From Camelus ferus (lineage: Eukaryota), in contig NC_045696.1 in assembly GCF_009834535.1 (NCBI RefSeq), positions 37,450,001 to 37,514,000 on the forward strand: a DNA stretch of 64,000 nt, read 5' to 3'. How positions within the stretch are numbered: the stretch's first letter is position 1; each line of letters starts with the position of its first letter. Under the pieces are notes generated by a model that searched no databases, was not told the origin of the DNA, and saw only the letters and a list, made by a program, of their open reading frames with translations. This document shows positions 63,135 to 64,000 of this stretch, in pieces. The translations under genes and the position numbers were made by a program.

Positions 63135-64000
63135 ATTAAATCCATTTTGACTCTTACAGATAAAGAGGATATAGGATTGACCCATGAATAGCAAAAATGA
63201 AAGTCTCCAAGTGGTTTTAAGTTGGAGCAGCAAGAAGCCAATCAGAAAAAAAGATTCTATTAGATGAATTGTTTAGTTCTATTGAAGACAGTTTTTTCTG
63301 CTGTGTTGAATTACTATAAGGTGACCATGGCTTTGCTCACAGCTAATTGAGTAATCCAGACCACTGAGCTGGAATGAGACAAGCCAAAGACCAAGTACTT
63401 TTTACTTATATATTTTGTCTCTTCTTTTCAACATAGAAAAAAGGCAAAAAAGCGGGAATTTTATTAAAAATGCTAAACTTAACATCACATTAAACTATCA
63501 GGTCAGGAAATAGAATATAATTCTCAATCAGAGTCATGTCTATTGTTATGCTTTTCTTAGGATTGAACACTAATTCCCTTTGGCTCATAGCCATAAGATT
63601 TGTAAATACACTGAGGAGTATCACGGACACTTCAAAAAGCAAGATAAATGAGAACAAGAGAGAATATAGTTGTTTGTGGTAGGGTAGAATTGTTCCTCTG
63701 ATACTGCTTTGGTAGTAGCCATCAGTAGCTCCCACGTACATGTTCTTTGTGTTGCTGGATGGTGGCCCAGCATTCAGTATGGTGTCATTGCACTCCTTAA
63801 GCATGAAGGCAAAAGGCAGTTCATGGAGTAGTTACACATAGTTTGGATTCTCCTCATATTGGCAGAGCAGTAAAACAGAAAGCATATGAGTATCTTTCAT
63901 CTTCTATTTAATAGTACTGTGACTCTGAGCTTTTTTGTTTTGTTTTGTTTTGTTTTGTGTTTTGTATCTTTAAAATGTGACAAATACTCCTCAGCAGGAT

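Noticed and set aside
63490..63804. 104-aa minus-strand ORF with a hydrophobic stretch
   Set aside because: No recognisable homology or convincing splice signals; hydrophobic chance ORFs are common in AT-rich DNA. BLASTP would settle it.

Overview
AT-rich, CpG-depleted mammalian (eutherian) intergenic or intronic DNA. I found no intact protein-coding gene, RNA gene or CRISPR array; the ORF track is explained by LINE-1 fragments, an ERVL integrase remnant, a pseudogene and chance ORFs. Supported content: (1) a full-length, disabled RPS8 processed pseudogene (~40812-41490); (2) five LINE-1 3' ends, two with clear twin-priming 5' inversions (24601-28403, 43874-45377) and one older three-part rearranged copy (~33210-34725); (3) three ERV1-type solo LTRs at 5554-7962, two of them the same family in inverted orientation; (4) an ERVL provirus remnant (~18140-20400) carrying a nested solo LTR and a nested MER63-like transposon; (5) older MLT1, L2, MER58 and L1M fragments and microsatellites. 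The L1 3' UTR style and the absence of Alu, B1, Bov-A/BovB, PRE-1, CHR-2 and Can-SINEs point to a cetartiodactyl, possibly a camelid (inference). Repeat family names come from recall of consensus sequences, not from a search, and boundaries of old repeats are approximate. I see no solid evidence of a novel biological system; the best leads are retrotransposition-mechanism footprints and a few candidate regulatory elements.
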